64,000 nt of DNA from Lama guanicoe (Eukaryota), in the NCBI GenBank assembly GCA_013239625.1, contig MU055269.1, positions 3,473,225 to 3,537,224 on the forward strand, in the 5' to 3' direction. The position numbers and the translations under genes are program-made. How positions within the stretch are numbered: position 1 is the stretch's first letter; each line of letters begins with the position of its first letter. Under the pieces are notes generated by a model. It did no database searches and had not been told where the DNA came from. It was given only the letters and a program-made list of their open reading frames with translations. Below, piece by piece: positions 35,836 through 48,900 of this stretch.

Positions 35836-38800
35836 CCTCTGTCCCCTGGGTGTGTGTGACAGGCAGGGGCCCTTCCCAGCGCTCTTTGTCCTACTCCCAG
35901 AGATAAGCACGAGGGGACAGCAGTGTCCTCCCTCGTCCAGACAGTCCTGGGCCCTGGGGCGGAGGAACCGGCTGCGAGTGCAGGTCCCGACCTTGGGTCG
36001 GGGAGAGAAGCTCCCCCAAAGCAGCTGCCTGTCCGTCTCAGCTGGACCCCCGGACAGGCGCTCGTGCCGTCCCATGAGCTGGGCCCCGCTGAATCACGGG
36101 GACGCCTGGGGCCCTCAGACACGCCTTCGCCGTGTGTGTGGTCAGGGAGGTCTTAGGAGCGGGCCTGTCCTCCCGGGCGGCCCGCACCGCTGTGTGAGGG
36201 GAGCGCCGGGGTTCTGCCCTCGTGGAGGAGACCCCCAGAAAGCCATCCACTCCGGGGAGAGGGGCCGGGCCCCGTCTGCCCGGGTGCTGCCCGGCTCCCC
36301 CATCCCAGGTGCGGGGCGGCGGGAGCCGTCGGGAAGCCAGTCTGGGACGGCGCGGCCTGAGCAGCTTACGTGGAAGTGGAGTGGTTTTTTATGGAGGGGG
36401 TGCAGAGCAAGGATGACGGGGATTTTCCAGGGAGCTGGAAGGAAGTCTCTGCCTCCTTGGAGCTCTCCACGCTCTGCTGGTGGAGCCACTGAAAGCAATG
36501 AATTCTTTGGAAATTCCTGAGTCGCCATTATAAGAAAAAGAATCCCTCAATGGTGGCCTTGCCGGGCTTATTCTGAAAGTCTCAGGTTTGTGATCGAGTC
36601 TGAGTGGAATTCCTGACCAGAAGCAGGCCTGGCAGGACTCCCACAAGTGGGGAGCCTGAGCAGGTGGGCTCCCAGACCGCCCTCCCCTGCTGAGCACGCC
36701 CCAGCGCTTGACCCCATCTGGGCCCCAACCCCCAGGGACCAGTCAGGCCCCGACGGGGCCCCTGGAGGGTCCTGAGCCCCATGCTGTCAGCGGCGGACGG
36801 GCGGGTGCTCCGTCCGCATGGCACCCCGAGGGCGGGCGGTGGTCCCTCCTCTCGCCTCGCTGGCCTCCTTCTCTTGTGCTGCCCAGACGTCCCTCGTCCC
36901 GCTGTTTACCCAACCCAATGTCTCCGTAAAGCACCTCCCAGCCCCTGGGTGCGTTGGCGCCTCGCGCACGCAGCTCCTGCCCCTGGGCCCTGTCAGCACC
37001 ATCCTGAGTGACAGCGCAGTCGGGTGTGACAGCCTGAGACTCCCAGCCTCTCCAGGCACGAAGTCCTGCCTGCGGCCTCTCCCCTCAGCCCCACCTGTGC
37101 CGTCCAGACTCACCAGGAGTGAAAGGCTGGCTCTGAAGGAGTTTTCTAAAGGCCCATCCTGGACAGCAGCCAGCCCCTCCCTGAGAGGTGTTCCCTGGAG
37201 GGTGGGAGGGGCCCCCAGCACATGACACCTGGAGGGGTACCCGAGGTGGCACAACTGACAGCAGAGTGGGTGGCAGGAACCCACAGGCCCTTCAAACCCC
37301 ATGGGATTATCAGCCGAGAAACCCGGCTTTGCCCGGCGCACCCACCTGGCCTCTCCCCACGGCCCCTGGCCGCCCTGCAGAAGGGCCGGCCCCCTTGAGT
37401 GGGAGGAACCGTCTCCCCCAGGGCTTGGCCGGCGGTGTCAGGGGCCATGGCTGGAGCGTGGGCGGCCGCTGGGCGAGCTGGGTGGTCCTGGGCGCAGCCC
37501 CTGCTCCACGGGCATCTGGGGGCCCAGAGACCCTGCATAACAGCCCAGAACTGAGCTGACGGCCTTTTTTAAAATCAGAGGGAAAAAACAAAACAAAGCA
37601 AGTAACAGGAGGCCCTGGCTCCGACTCTGGGAGAACGTGTTCCTTTCAAACGTGGGTAACGTCCTTCCCCTGAAGCTCTGGTGTCTCTCCTTGGGCGGAT
37701 TCGAGGCCTGCCAAGTGCAGTCTGTAGCTTCAGTTGCGGTAGAGGCGTGAGAGTCCCAGAAGGGCACCGACCAGCTTTTTCCTAAGTGGTGAGTCCACAT
37801 GGGCCCAGCTCTCAGGAGGCGCAGAAGTGAAAGGGTTCTACCCAGACCGTCTGAACAGAGGTGCTGCCCCCCCCCAGCGCCTGTCCACGTGATGAGGGCT
37901 TCAGCCGGGGGTGGGGGCTGGTGGAGGCCCCGTGCGCGGCCGCCTGGGCGGTGGGGCTGGGGTGCATGTTGGTTCTCAGCGTGGGGTGAACACGGCCTTT
38001 CTGAGGAAGGAGGCTGGCGGAGGGGCCTCAGGCTGGGTGAAGAAGCCACTTTGCCGAAGTCACTGCCTCCGGTGCAGAACAGTCGCTGAGCTCCCAGGGC
38101 AAGGGCGGAAGGTGGGAAAATGGGTTATTTTGGGGGTTTACAGCTAATATCCTTCACCGTTTTTCAATGTAGGTAAGCAAAAAGAAAACTGGCTCCCCGG
38201 CAGCTCCCTGACCGGAGCGTCACGGGGACGGCCGTGGCACGCGTCCCTGGGGCTGCTCGTGAACATGGCTTTTGGGCTTTCACTCGTGTTACAGAAAACC
38301 AAACTTGTACAGAGTCCGAGACGAGTCACGAGTCCCCATGCTCACCCTTAACCTGGCCGATGAACTCGGGGTCAGCTGGCCTCACCCCGACCCACAGCCG
38401 GTTACTTTGCAGCAGAATCTCAGACCTCCCTCAATCTTATCCATCGACACTGTGTGCGTCTTCCAAAGATAGGCACTCGTTTAAGAAACTAGTTGTGACG
38501 CCAGTAGAGGCCACGCTAGGAAGCTAACAAGTGCCTTGAAATGACCCCTTAACCGAACAAGTGAGTGTTCGGATCCCCGATGCTGTGTTATTTTCTTGGC
38601 AGTTGTCGAGTTCCGGCCCCGTTCCTCTCGGTCATTCCGGTGCACGGTGTCTGCCTCCTGCGCACACAGCTGTAGGGGGCTCGGCGGTTCCCCGTGTCCC
38701 ATGGGGCACGCCTCTGTCCCAGGAGTTCCCTGCTTTTCCTCAGGCTGGTGGAGACCCCGGGCCTTGCTGGGATCTGGCTCCATGTTTAGGCAAGTGATGG

Positions 38801-39892
38801 GCGCACGTCCTTCCACCGCACCTGGTGGCGTCTCTGGTGTGTGGTGGTTGGCGAAATGGTTTAAACGAGATTTTCAGCTCCAAGTGGAGAGGCCTGGATT
38901 GCCTGGCCTGAGGCCTGCCCCGTTCACTGGCCATCGGGACTCACGGAGGGTGGTAGGGACTGAGACGAGGCTCTCCCGGGGCCCTGAGCCCTGCTGTTAA
39001 TTGAAGCTCGCTGCCAGGACCTTGGTTCTGAGTCGGCGTGAACGGTCTCCAGTCTCCGCGGTCGGCGGTGCCCTGAGCTGGGGCGCTCGGGCTGCACAGC
39101 TGGAGACTGTCACGCAGGCTGGTGTTCCTGGTGCCGGACTGGGGTCGGCATTGGTTGGAATCGGGAAGGGCGTAGGGGTTTCGTGCTGCAGAGGTCAGAG
39201 CTGCAGTCTGGCGAACACCCTACCCTCTCCGGTGCTGCTTCTGCACAGCTTCCGCTGCAGTGAGGAGGGCCGTTTATGAATCCCTGCGCACACGGGAAAG
39301 GCCAGGCTGGACGCACAGAGGCCAGGGGCAGCACTGAGCAGGCGTCCGCCGCAGCCGGTGGAGAGGAAGGGCTCCCGGGGGTCAGCGTGGGGCTGCTGGG
39401 CAGCAGGGTGGAAGGGCGTGGACGGGCCTGGAGACCCGAGCAGCTGAGCCGTCTCTGGTTTGGGAGCCCAGTGCGTGGGTGGTCTCCGGGCTGTGAGCTC
39501 AGCTTGAAAAAGTCCTTTACCCTTTTCTTGCATGAAGGAAACAGATTCAATAAGAAACAGAGGCTTTCTCGTGGGAAATGGAGGGGGAGCAGCTCTGGGG
39601 ACGGGGTGATTCAAACCGGGAGTTCTCCCCACGGAGGCCTCGCCCACGCTTGTGCCCAGGAGGCCTGTCTCGCTTCCTGGTCCTCACACAAGGCGAGCGC
39701 TCCCGGGGGCCCGGTGGGGGACCGTGGGGCCGGCGTCACCCTTCAGCCTTGGCCCGGGGTGGGCCGCGGGCACTTGGCCCTGCCTGCTCCCGCTGCTCCG
39801 CCGGGCGGGGATTCGGGCTCAGAGGCCTCCTCGTCTTTGGATGGGAGCAGCGGGAACGCAGTTTGGATCCTTATTACCAAGCATGCAAACGG

Positions 39893-40030
39893 TTTTAAAA
39901 ACCTCTTATTTGAAAGAATTCCAGAGTCACAGCAAGTTGCTCAGAGATCTGTGTCCCCTTCAGCCAGCGTCCCCAAAGCTGGCACATCCGTGATGGGCAC
40001 TGTCGGCGCCTGGCCCCTGACGTGTGTGCA
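39893..40030 (-). mobile_element. L1MC4/5-like LINE-1 3' fragment
   Basis: ttttaaaaacctcttatttgaaagaattccagagtcacagcaagttgc...tccccttcagccagcgtccccaaa resembles the reverse-complement L1MC4/5 3' terminus. Confidence 0.55.
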
Positions 40031-41642
40031 CACATGAGCGCGCGGCCCCGCGGGGAGGGAATTGGGGTGGAAGGCGGGTCGAGGGCCCCCTTTTGCTGTG
40101 GTATTCCGTCACCCCCATTTCACTGGCAGGAGAACCTCGTGAGGATTCGAGGAAAAGATGTGATTTTCCGTTGGCCCCAGGCTCTCGTCTGGAGCCGGCT
40201 GAGGGCTCCTGCAGGGTGCAGGCCCTGTGGCGCAGACCCCCAGAGGACGGCCCTGGGTCTTAGTCCTTGGATCTTGACCTGCTGCCCTGGGGAGGGAGCC
40301 TGTTCTAGGCTTTGCAGACAGAGTGTGGCCTCAGGCAGGTCTTCAGGCCTCCCCCAGACTCTGCGCTCCCACCCCAGCACATGTTGTTCCTGGCCTTGTT
40401 TCCTGAGTTGGTCCTTCACATGAGGCTTACACGCCCCACGCCCCATTCTTCATGAACCATTAGATTTTAGATACAGGCTTTTTACTTAGATCAACAGAAT
40501 GTATAAGACAGCACAGAATGAATATAGTGAGCTGGACTTTCTGACTGGAGACGGGTACCCCTCCGGGGACGGTGCTCTGAAGTGGGCAGACGGTCGGAGG
40601 GCCTGCAGCAGCCCCTGTAAGACTCTTATCCACCGGGACCTGTGCCCCCACCCCAAGCCAGCCCTGCCAGGCCGACCTCGTGCGGAAGCCCTTGGCTCAC
40701 GGGCCCCTTCCCCCGGCCCTGTGACGCCGACAACCTGCAGCTTCACCTGAGAACTGCCCCCATCGGCCACGGCCCAGGAAACCGATAAACGCATCTTGGA
40801 GCTTCCTGGATGAGGACGACTCCCCCCCACCCCCCGATGGCTGTGGGATGCACTCAGAAGCAACCTGGCATTTGGGATGGGGGGCTCCTGGCTCTGCCCG
40901 TGACTTGGCGTTTCTCTTGCCCGAGCAGACGCACGCTCAGCACACACACGTGTCTGCCCGGCTCTCGCTGGTCACGCGCTCCAGTTCTCCGAGGCGGTTC
41001 TCAGTGAGAACCAGCGGGCTGTGTCTCAGCACCGTGCTGACATGGACTCCGAATGGAAACAGCAGACGGGAAGGAGCTGGGAGGGTGGCGGCCAGTTCAG
41101 CTGTCCCCTGAGGGAACCTGGGTTTAGGTTGGCCATTGACTAGAGGATTTTCAAGTGAAAGTTCTCCCGGAATCGGCCAGTATGAGGAGGGGTTCCCCGG
41201 GTTGGAAGGCCTCCCACTCGGACAGCGATTAGTCCACTCCCAGTGGAGTGGACTCGGGCTGAGGGACACACAGGCCTCCTCCCTGCCTAGACCGAGGTGC
41301 CCTGAGGGGCCTGGCCATCCCGGCCTCCACTGGCTCTGACTGTTGGATTCTCAGGCCTGTGTCCATCGAATTTGCACGATTTCCAGTTAGGATTGTAAGT
41401 TTCTGGCTGCAGCAGCACCGATGAAGCCTCTTCTCGTGTTAGAGTCTTGGATTTTCCAGGTGAGGTCAAGGGCTCCCAGGCCCCTTCCCCCGGCCCTGTG
41501 ACGCTGCAGGAGCTCTGGTTGCAGGGCAGCGTGGGCGGGCCGGACCCCAGCTCCTGTGCGAACATGGGAGCCTTGCACAAGAATGTGTCTTTTGGGGGCT
41601 GACCTGTGCCTTTTCAACGGGCAGGACCCTGGAGCATGTTCT

Positions 41643-41767
41643 GCACGGCCTTTGGAGTCACAGAGACCTGGTTTCCTCATGTGTAGAATGAGGCCAGCAG
41701 TGCCCACCGCCAGTCCATGAGGGAAAACGAAGCTGGGGGCTCTGCGGGCGGGCCTAGCACACGTGCC
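41643..41767 (+). mobile_element. MIR SINE fragment
   Basis: cacggcctttggagtcacagagacctggtttcctcatgtgtagaatgag...cctagcacacgtgcc follows the MIR consensus order, with an internal deletion. Confidence 0.6.
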
Positions 41768-42360
41768 CCTCCCTCCCGCTCCCCTCACCAGCGCCAAAAT
41801 AACAGACCAGCTCCCAGACCCACCTCGGGCCCCACAGCCGCCCCCTCGTTTGCTGGCCTGGGGCTGCAGCTCCTTCCTGCCCTTGGTGGGTGCTCGACAC
41901 CTGTCACGCACGAATCATGGGGCTGAGGCTGGGGCGAGGTCCTGATACGGAGCCCGTCGCGTCCCCAACAGTCAAGTCCTGCCACCCAGCTGGGCCCTAG
42001 CTGGTGGGAAGCGATGATTAGAACCAGGCCTTCCTGTTCTTAGGCCGAGTGGGTACCACTGTGATTTTGAAAGACCTTTAATCTTACTGGGGAGGTTAAA
42101 TAATTTATCTGCCTATCGTGAAGGAAAGAAAGTACTTCCAGGTCTAGTGTGGAGGAGTCTCCACCTTATTCAGGAAAACACTTCCGGGTCTATTGTGGAA
42201 GTGTTTCCATCTTATTCAGGAGGCTCGTCATGAAGACCCGAAAGGCTCCGGGCACATGAGCCGTCAAAGACGTTTAGAGGGCTGTGTCAGGGTGCAGTCC
42301 TGCCTGATGAGGGTTTAGACGCCAGCGGTGCAAGGTGAACTGCCCGTGGCCCCGGGGTCA

Positions 42361-42800
42361 CAGGGTGGGGCACGGGGGACGGGACGTGGGGGATGGGGTG
42401 CAGGGGACGGGACGTGGGGGACAGGGCCCAGGGGATGGGGTGCAGGGGATGGGACATGGGGGACAGGGCACAGGGGACAGGGAGTGGGGGACAGGGCACA
42501 GAGGATGGGGTGCAGGGGACGGGACATTGGGGATGGGGTGGCAGGGGACAGGGCACAGGGGNNNNNNNNNNNNNNNNNNNNNNNNNNNNNNNNNNNNNNN
42601 NNNNNNNNNNNNNNNNNNNNNNNNNNNNNNNNNNNNNNNNNNNNNNNNNNNNNNNNNNNNNNNNNNNNNNNNNNNNNNNNNNNNNNNNNNNNNNNNNNNN
42701 NNNNNNNNNNNNNNNNNNNNNNNNNNNNNGGGGATGGGGTTGCAGGGGACAGGGCACAGGGGATGGGGTGCGGGGGATGGGGCGCAGGGGACGGGTGCGG
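42361..42800 (+). repeat. G-rich minisatellite (GGGGATGGGGTGCAGGGGAC.. / GGGGACAGGGCACA units), partly in an N-gap
   Basis: Repeated ggggatggggtgcagggga, gggacgtggggga and ggggacagggcaca modules on both sides of the 42562-42729 gap. Confidence 0.9.
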
Positions 42801-42828
42801 TGTCTAATGCTCTTCCATCCCCTTTCAG

Positions 42829-42988
42829 CCCAACTCTCCCGGCCCTCGACTGGCAGCTGCCGTCTCACTCAGGACCCTATGAGCTGAGGATTGAAGTGCA
42901 GCCCAAGTCTCACCACAGAGCCCATTATGAGACGGAGGGGAGCCGGGGGGCTGTGAAGGCGTCGGCCGGAGGACACCCCAGTGTGCAG
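42829..42988 (+). CDS. NFATC1: NFATC1 exon, start of the Rel-homology domain
   Basis: Acceptor cccctttcag|; 160 nt; (S)[53 protein letters not shown], including the DNA-recognition loop RAHYETEG; donor CAG|gtacca. Confidence 0.98.
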
Positions 42989-45900
42989 GTACCACTGCCT
43001 CTGACCCCGGGGCGAGTCCGCACTGCTTCAGTCCGGAGGCCACTTTGTGCCAACAGCCAACAGTGCTTTTCATTTTCTGTCTTTTTAAAGAAAACTGTCG
43101 TCACCCAAACAGTTTAGCTAAATATTTTACGCACAGTTAAGTCCTAGTTTTCTCCTCAACACGCACGATTGTAGATGGGAGCTCACGGCCCTCGTTTCCG
43201 CAGCTTACAGATCAGCTGTGAATCCGTGGGACTGCTTTGGGGGAGCAGGCGACGCCTCGACCATCTTGGGTGACGAGCATGGTCTGGTGGGGCCGGGGAC
43301 TCCCCGTGATGTTGCAGGGGTGACCGACGTAGGATCAGCCGGGCACTGGAGCTGGCGTGGGACCTGCCGTGAGGTGTCAGGGGAGAGGGTGCCTCGAGGC
43401 AGGGAGGTCACGCAGCCCTGCCTGTGCTGGGAGTCTCCTGCCGCATGTGGGAGAGGGTGGGCCCCATCAGTGTGACTCAGGGTGCTGCCCTGGGGGCAGT
43501 GGTTTTGCCTGCCTTCAGAGTCAGCCAGTCATGCCTCGTGTCCAGGCAGCCTCCGCCGTCCTGAACCTGTCACCTGTGCCAGCCCAGGAAATCACGAGAA
43601 CTCCCGGCTGGCTGTCCTGTGGCGTCTGTGCTTGGTCACCCGTGGCACTTAACCCACCCACCTCCCGTCGGGCCCTCTGCTGTGACTTGTGACAGTCCTG
43701 CTGGACACGAGCTTACTGTCTTGCCCCAGAGCGGCAGGCCGTACGGAGTTGTTGACAGAGAGTGTTCCTCCCCAGTCTCTGCTCCCCCTACAAGCCCGGA
43801 TCCCCAGCCCTGTTGTTCAGAGAATGGTGCCGGCTGGAAGGGAGGCAGTGGGGCCCCGCGCTTTTATTTTATTCCATTTAGATAAATGAAAATAAAGCTT
43901 ACGAGGGAAGGGGGGCGCGGAGACGATGGCCATGGGCCAAGGCAGCAGTCAGGGACGTGGAGTTTGCGGGGACGTGAGGGCAGTATTAGAGGCTGTGCCC
44001 TCCCCGCCAATTAGCACCCGTGGCAGCTGGTGGACGCGGGAGCGCGGGGGAGGCGCGTTGGCGTGGACGCGGCCCGCTTGGCCTGCGCTCGGCCGCCTCC
44101 CGGGTGACTTCTGCACTTAGCAGGGCTGCACAACCACAGTGTTTACCGCCCTTCCTGCTGCGGCTTTCACTGAACGAAATGCCTTGTGGCTGAGTGGGAA
44201 AGGCACTACCAAGGCGAGGAAACTGGCCAGTGAATAAGGAGAACGAAAATAACGCCGCGGGGGTGTGGTGGCCCAGTGCCCCCGGTGGCTGTAGATTACA
44301 TCGATGAGGGGAGCTAGTCCCAGAGGGAGGGGCTCGCACCGCAAGTTGCGCTTCTGCCTGGGGACGCGGAGGACCCCCGCCCTGACTGAGGGCCGTCCTC
44401 GGTGTGGGGCTGTGAGCGTGGGGCGCACGGGGCAGCTGCAGCGGGTTGCCCCCACTCCTCGGCCAGGAGCGCACCGAGCCCCTGCTCACAGGGCCCACGG
44501 CGCTGGGTGTCCGTGTCTCCCGTCCAGTGTCTGGGGCACAGCGTGGTGTCTGTCTCAGTGTAGACAACACAGAGAGAACTGAGTCGTTTGGAGGTACTGT
44601 GAAGCTTGAAACTATTTAAAACATCTTGAGGATGAATCCTCGAAAATAATTTCAAAGCAAACAACGGTAGACCGCAGAGGCTGGTTCTGGGTTTGAACAG
44701 CACGGATGCCCCCAGCCTGACGAAACGCACGAGGGGAAAGGATGGCAGCAGAGAGTGTCGGCCCGTCAGGGCTTCCGCTGCGAGCGGGGTCACTAAGGGA
44801 GAGTCTTCGGATCGCTCTGCGGCAAGTGTGAGGTCAGCAGTTAGAAAGGGGGCTTTTGGGTTTGTTTTCTTTTTCAGTTAGTGGACCACAGATTGGATAA
44901 AAATAGAATTTGCACATAATTATAAAACAAATGAAAATAGAAAAGTGTCTCTGCTGCCGTGAAAGCGTGGTAACCACAAAGTTTTATTCTGTGCTGTGAG
45001 TTATTTTCGCACATCCTCTGACCCTGCGGCTCCTCCCTTCCAGAGACGATCGCGCCTCCCGCAGCTTCAGCTCCCCACGCAGGGAAGCAGCCCCTCCCCG
45101 AGCTGCTCTGTGGTCAGCTGGTCAGAGGGAAGCCAGGTTTTGGTTCCGGGGCGTCCAGGCTGTCAGGTTCAGAACTGCGGTCACGTGGAGCGTCCAGCAG
45201 GCCCGGCGCTCGCGTGGGCTGAACCAGGGAGGACATCCAGACCTTCACAAGAGTCCGCCGCCAAGTCAGAGGCCGCGGTCTTCTGCAGGACGCGGCCCCC
45301 AGCTGTGCCCCAGGGAGGACTCGGTGCTCTTCTCGAGCATCTGAGTCATGGGGGGCAGCCCCACGCGCCCCCTCCTCTGAGTCTAGGAGACACAGCGAAA
45401 TTTGAAACCTTTCTAGGCAGAATCAGACTAAAATTTTAGATTAGGAAAGGACTTCTGTGTTCATGGGGTCCCCAGGCCCTTTCCTCGGCTCTCCGGAGTC
45501 ACCAGCAGCCCTGTGGGCGTTTCCGCGGGCTCTGTCTGAGGGGGGAAGCGGAGGGAGTCCTCGGGCCATGTGGGGTTTGCCTTTCCGGCGTTTCCACCAC
45601 CAACCAGAGGCTGTGACCCTGCAGCAGCCCCAGCGCCCCGGCCTCCCCTCAGGAGACAGAACTGCAGGTCGAGGCGGCCAAGGGCGTCGTTCACTCGGTG
45701 TTCCGTTTGCTCTCCTGGGTGTCCCCTTCTCCTGTCGTCACCGGGGCGGAGCTGCCCTCTGCCCTGCGCTCTGCCCGGCGTCCTGATGCCCGGTCCCCAT
45801 CCCGAGAGCAGAGCCCCTGTGAGCTCGGGGCGGGTCAACCTCCAGGAGGTGCTGGTTCCGGCCGCCCTGCAGGCCTGGATGGAGGGACCTGAGGGGTGTT

Positions 45901-48900
45901 AGTGATCTCTGACCCAGGGGTCAAAGAATTAAGCTCTGTTTACCAATGACCAGAATCTCTTGCTCGCGGGCTTCTGGGCCGTCACACCGCGGCTGGTGTG
46001 AATAATTGATAGGTTGCTGAAACGCGACCCTTGGTGGCAGCCTTGTCAGCTCCTGAACAGCTTCAGGTTAGTGACCTACGTTCCTGTCAGTTATCGGTGG
46101 GCAGCAGGTGCCCCTCGGGGAGACGTGGGGACCGGCCTCGCTCAGGCAGCAGGGCCTGGGGAGGGTCCCGGCCCCGGGCCCGGGCCCTGCCTCCCACGGG
46201 GGTCTCTCCTTGGGGTGCTGGCTCGGAGGCCCACCCTTGCCCCCGCAGACCGAGATAAATACTTTTCAGTCATTTAAGACGTTTGGGGGCTGAAGCCAAG
46301 GAAGGAACAGACCAGAAAACAGGCATTTTTTCAGGTCATGGGAATCAGCCAAGGGGGCTGTGATCATCGCCGCATCCCGTGGAGCCTCCCCCGGGCACGG
46401 AAGGGGCCACGAGAGGCAGGCTTCCCTCGGGTGTCTGAACACTCCGGGCAGACAGCAGCTCCTCCTCGTACCCGACGTCCACAGCCCCACTCCTCTCACC
46501 CAAAGCTTACTGCATGGCCCTTACTGGGTTTGTGCGAGGCGGGCATCTCTTCCTGCGGTGGAGACAGGACCAGTAACCTGGCAGCCGAGGCTTCGCAGGA
46601 CCAGAGCACGCGCTGCTGGAGGAGGTGGTGGTTTGATGGCAAACCCTCGGGCCCCCAGGAGCCGCCATCAGAGCGCAGGTCCGACCCCAAACCAGACCCT
46701 GGGCCGCCCTGCCCACTGCACGGACTGACCTTGCACGGGCTGCTGGGCCGTCCGTGTCCACCCGCGTCGGGAACCGCATGAGTCGTTGCAGAGGCACCGG
46801 CCGCCTTCACTGCTGCCCCCAGCACGGGGAGCCCAGGAGCACGTGCAGGGCGCCCTCAGCCCCAGAAACAGGTCATGAGGCCTGTGTTCCTCCGGAAGCG
46901 AAGCGCCGGGGCCTTGCGCGTGGGGCCACGCTGTGGTCACAACGGGTGCAGTGAAGCTGGGCGGTAGCAGCAATAACCGCCGGGAAGGCGGGGCCGTTGT
47001 TATGCCTGCTGACATGCGGCCAAGGCCCCTGCGCTCAGCTCGTGACGTCGGTTTTAAACACCGGGCTTAAAACTGAGGTCAGGGCAGTTTACGCTTTCCC
47101 CGCAGCCGATTCGTTCACTTGGGAATAAAGTCCGCTGAGCAGCTCAGCAGGGAAACCCTCTCAGAGCAACAGGCGGACAGCGTCGTCCGCCTGGAAGCCG
47201 CCCACCTCAGACGCTTTGGCCTCTGGGTTCCAGGCTGCAGACGTTGTAGAATAAAAGTCGCCTCAGACGCAGGACCTCTGGGGCTTGTCCTCGATCCTGC
47301 CACCTTCCACGTTGTCCCAAGAGGGTTTCCGGAGTGTCCAGCGCTGTCTGAGTAGAGCTGTTAGTGCTCCCGCAGGCATCCCAGCCGTCAGGACGGGGGT
47401 CGGAGATCGGAGGTCGGCGCGGTGAGCGGGCCTCCTGCTCCTGGACTGCACTCCCTGCCGGGGCGTGGGGTACGGGGCACGCCGTGGGGAAGGCGCTCCC
47501 GTGGGTGGTGGGGATGAAGATGGGATGGGGGCTGAAGATGCGGCGGACAGAGCTCATGCCACAGGGTCTCAGGTTAATCCAGTGTTAGAGAAATCTGAGT
47601 CAGAAAAGGTGAAGCCGGCTTTGAGCTGGGTTTTCCCTTCTGCGTGGTTCTGCAGAGCTGACATCTGGTAAACTCATAATTGCCCATTAAGCTGACTGTC
47701 ACACTGGGCACAAGGACTCCCTTGCTGGGCTCATCTGTGCGCCAACTCGAGACCCAGCTGAAAAGCGACTTGCCTCCGTTCACCGGCTCCTGTGTGGCTC
47801 TGCCTCCGTCCTGGGCTCTGCTGGAATCTCAGCGTTGACCAGACTTGGCCTCGGCCGTTCCTTCACCTGTCATCCTGCCGGAAGGTGCTGAGGCAGGCAG
47901 AGGAGCTAAAACATTTTCAGGTGTGGAGAACTCAGCAGGCCTTAGACCTTAAAAATGGAACAATACATTTCGTTTAGTGCAGGTTGAAGCAAAGAGGGGC
48001 CGTTGCCGTGACAGGTAATCCTATAAATCTTACTTTGACAGACACTGTAACGTGCCGGAGGCAGAAACCCATGCAGTGGAGCCTGTGAAGCATTTAAATC
48101 ACTTTTCTTAAAACGAACTTCATGTTTTAAATAATGGATGTTTATCTCCCAGGTTAAAGCTCTCATGTTCCCATTTTCACTGAAATGGCATATTTTCAAA
48201 AGGGTGCAGTTATGCCCACAACCCGCTGCGCTCCACGTGCCACTGCGGCCCCAGCGTAAGTCCTGTGGGAACTTTCCGTCGTCATTTTCAAGCAGTCTGT
48301 CCCCCGCCAGGCGGGTGCCGGCCTTGGGGCTGCCCCCGGCACCAGCCACGCGAGGGCAGCTCGTGGCCAGAGGCTCGCTGACGTGGTGTCGCGTTAAATG
48401 TCACAGAATGGAGACTGGGAGGAAAGCTTGTTTCTTCATCAGTCTCTGATTCTATTTTTACATTTCTTGTTATGAAACTGTAGGTTGAGTCCAGCATGGG
48501 CTACGGGGCTTTAGGAAGTTCGTTAAGTTGGCAAAAGGCTGGGCTCGCACAGCCCACAAGGAAAGAGAAGGCATGTGGGCCGGACGAGCGGGCCTCGGTT
48601 TTCCTGACCTTTCCTGTCTGTGTAGACACACGTGTTCGCACGGGAAAGAAACGTTTCAGTTCAAACAGGAGGCGCGCTTTGCTTCTGCAGAATTAAGCCG
48701 TGTTAGCAGGGGCCCCTCGGAGTGGGTGGCTTCTGGTGGGTTCTCCGTGGCGCTGGCTTTTGTCCACGTGGCAGACCAGGAGGACAGCGAGTGGACAGGT
48801 GGGTCCCCGAGCTCTCTGTGCGCCGCGGGCGCTGCAGGGTCGCTGCGCACAGACTCACGTCTCCACCGCAGCCCCCAGACCAGCTCCGTCCTCTGTGTGC

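Noticed and set aside
40467-40620. Possible L1ME fragment
   Set aside because: The resemblance is too weak to support by eye.
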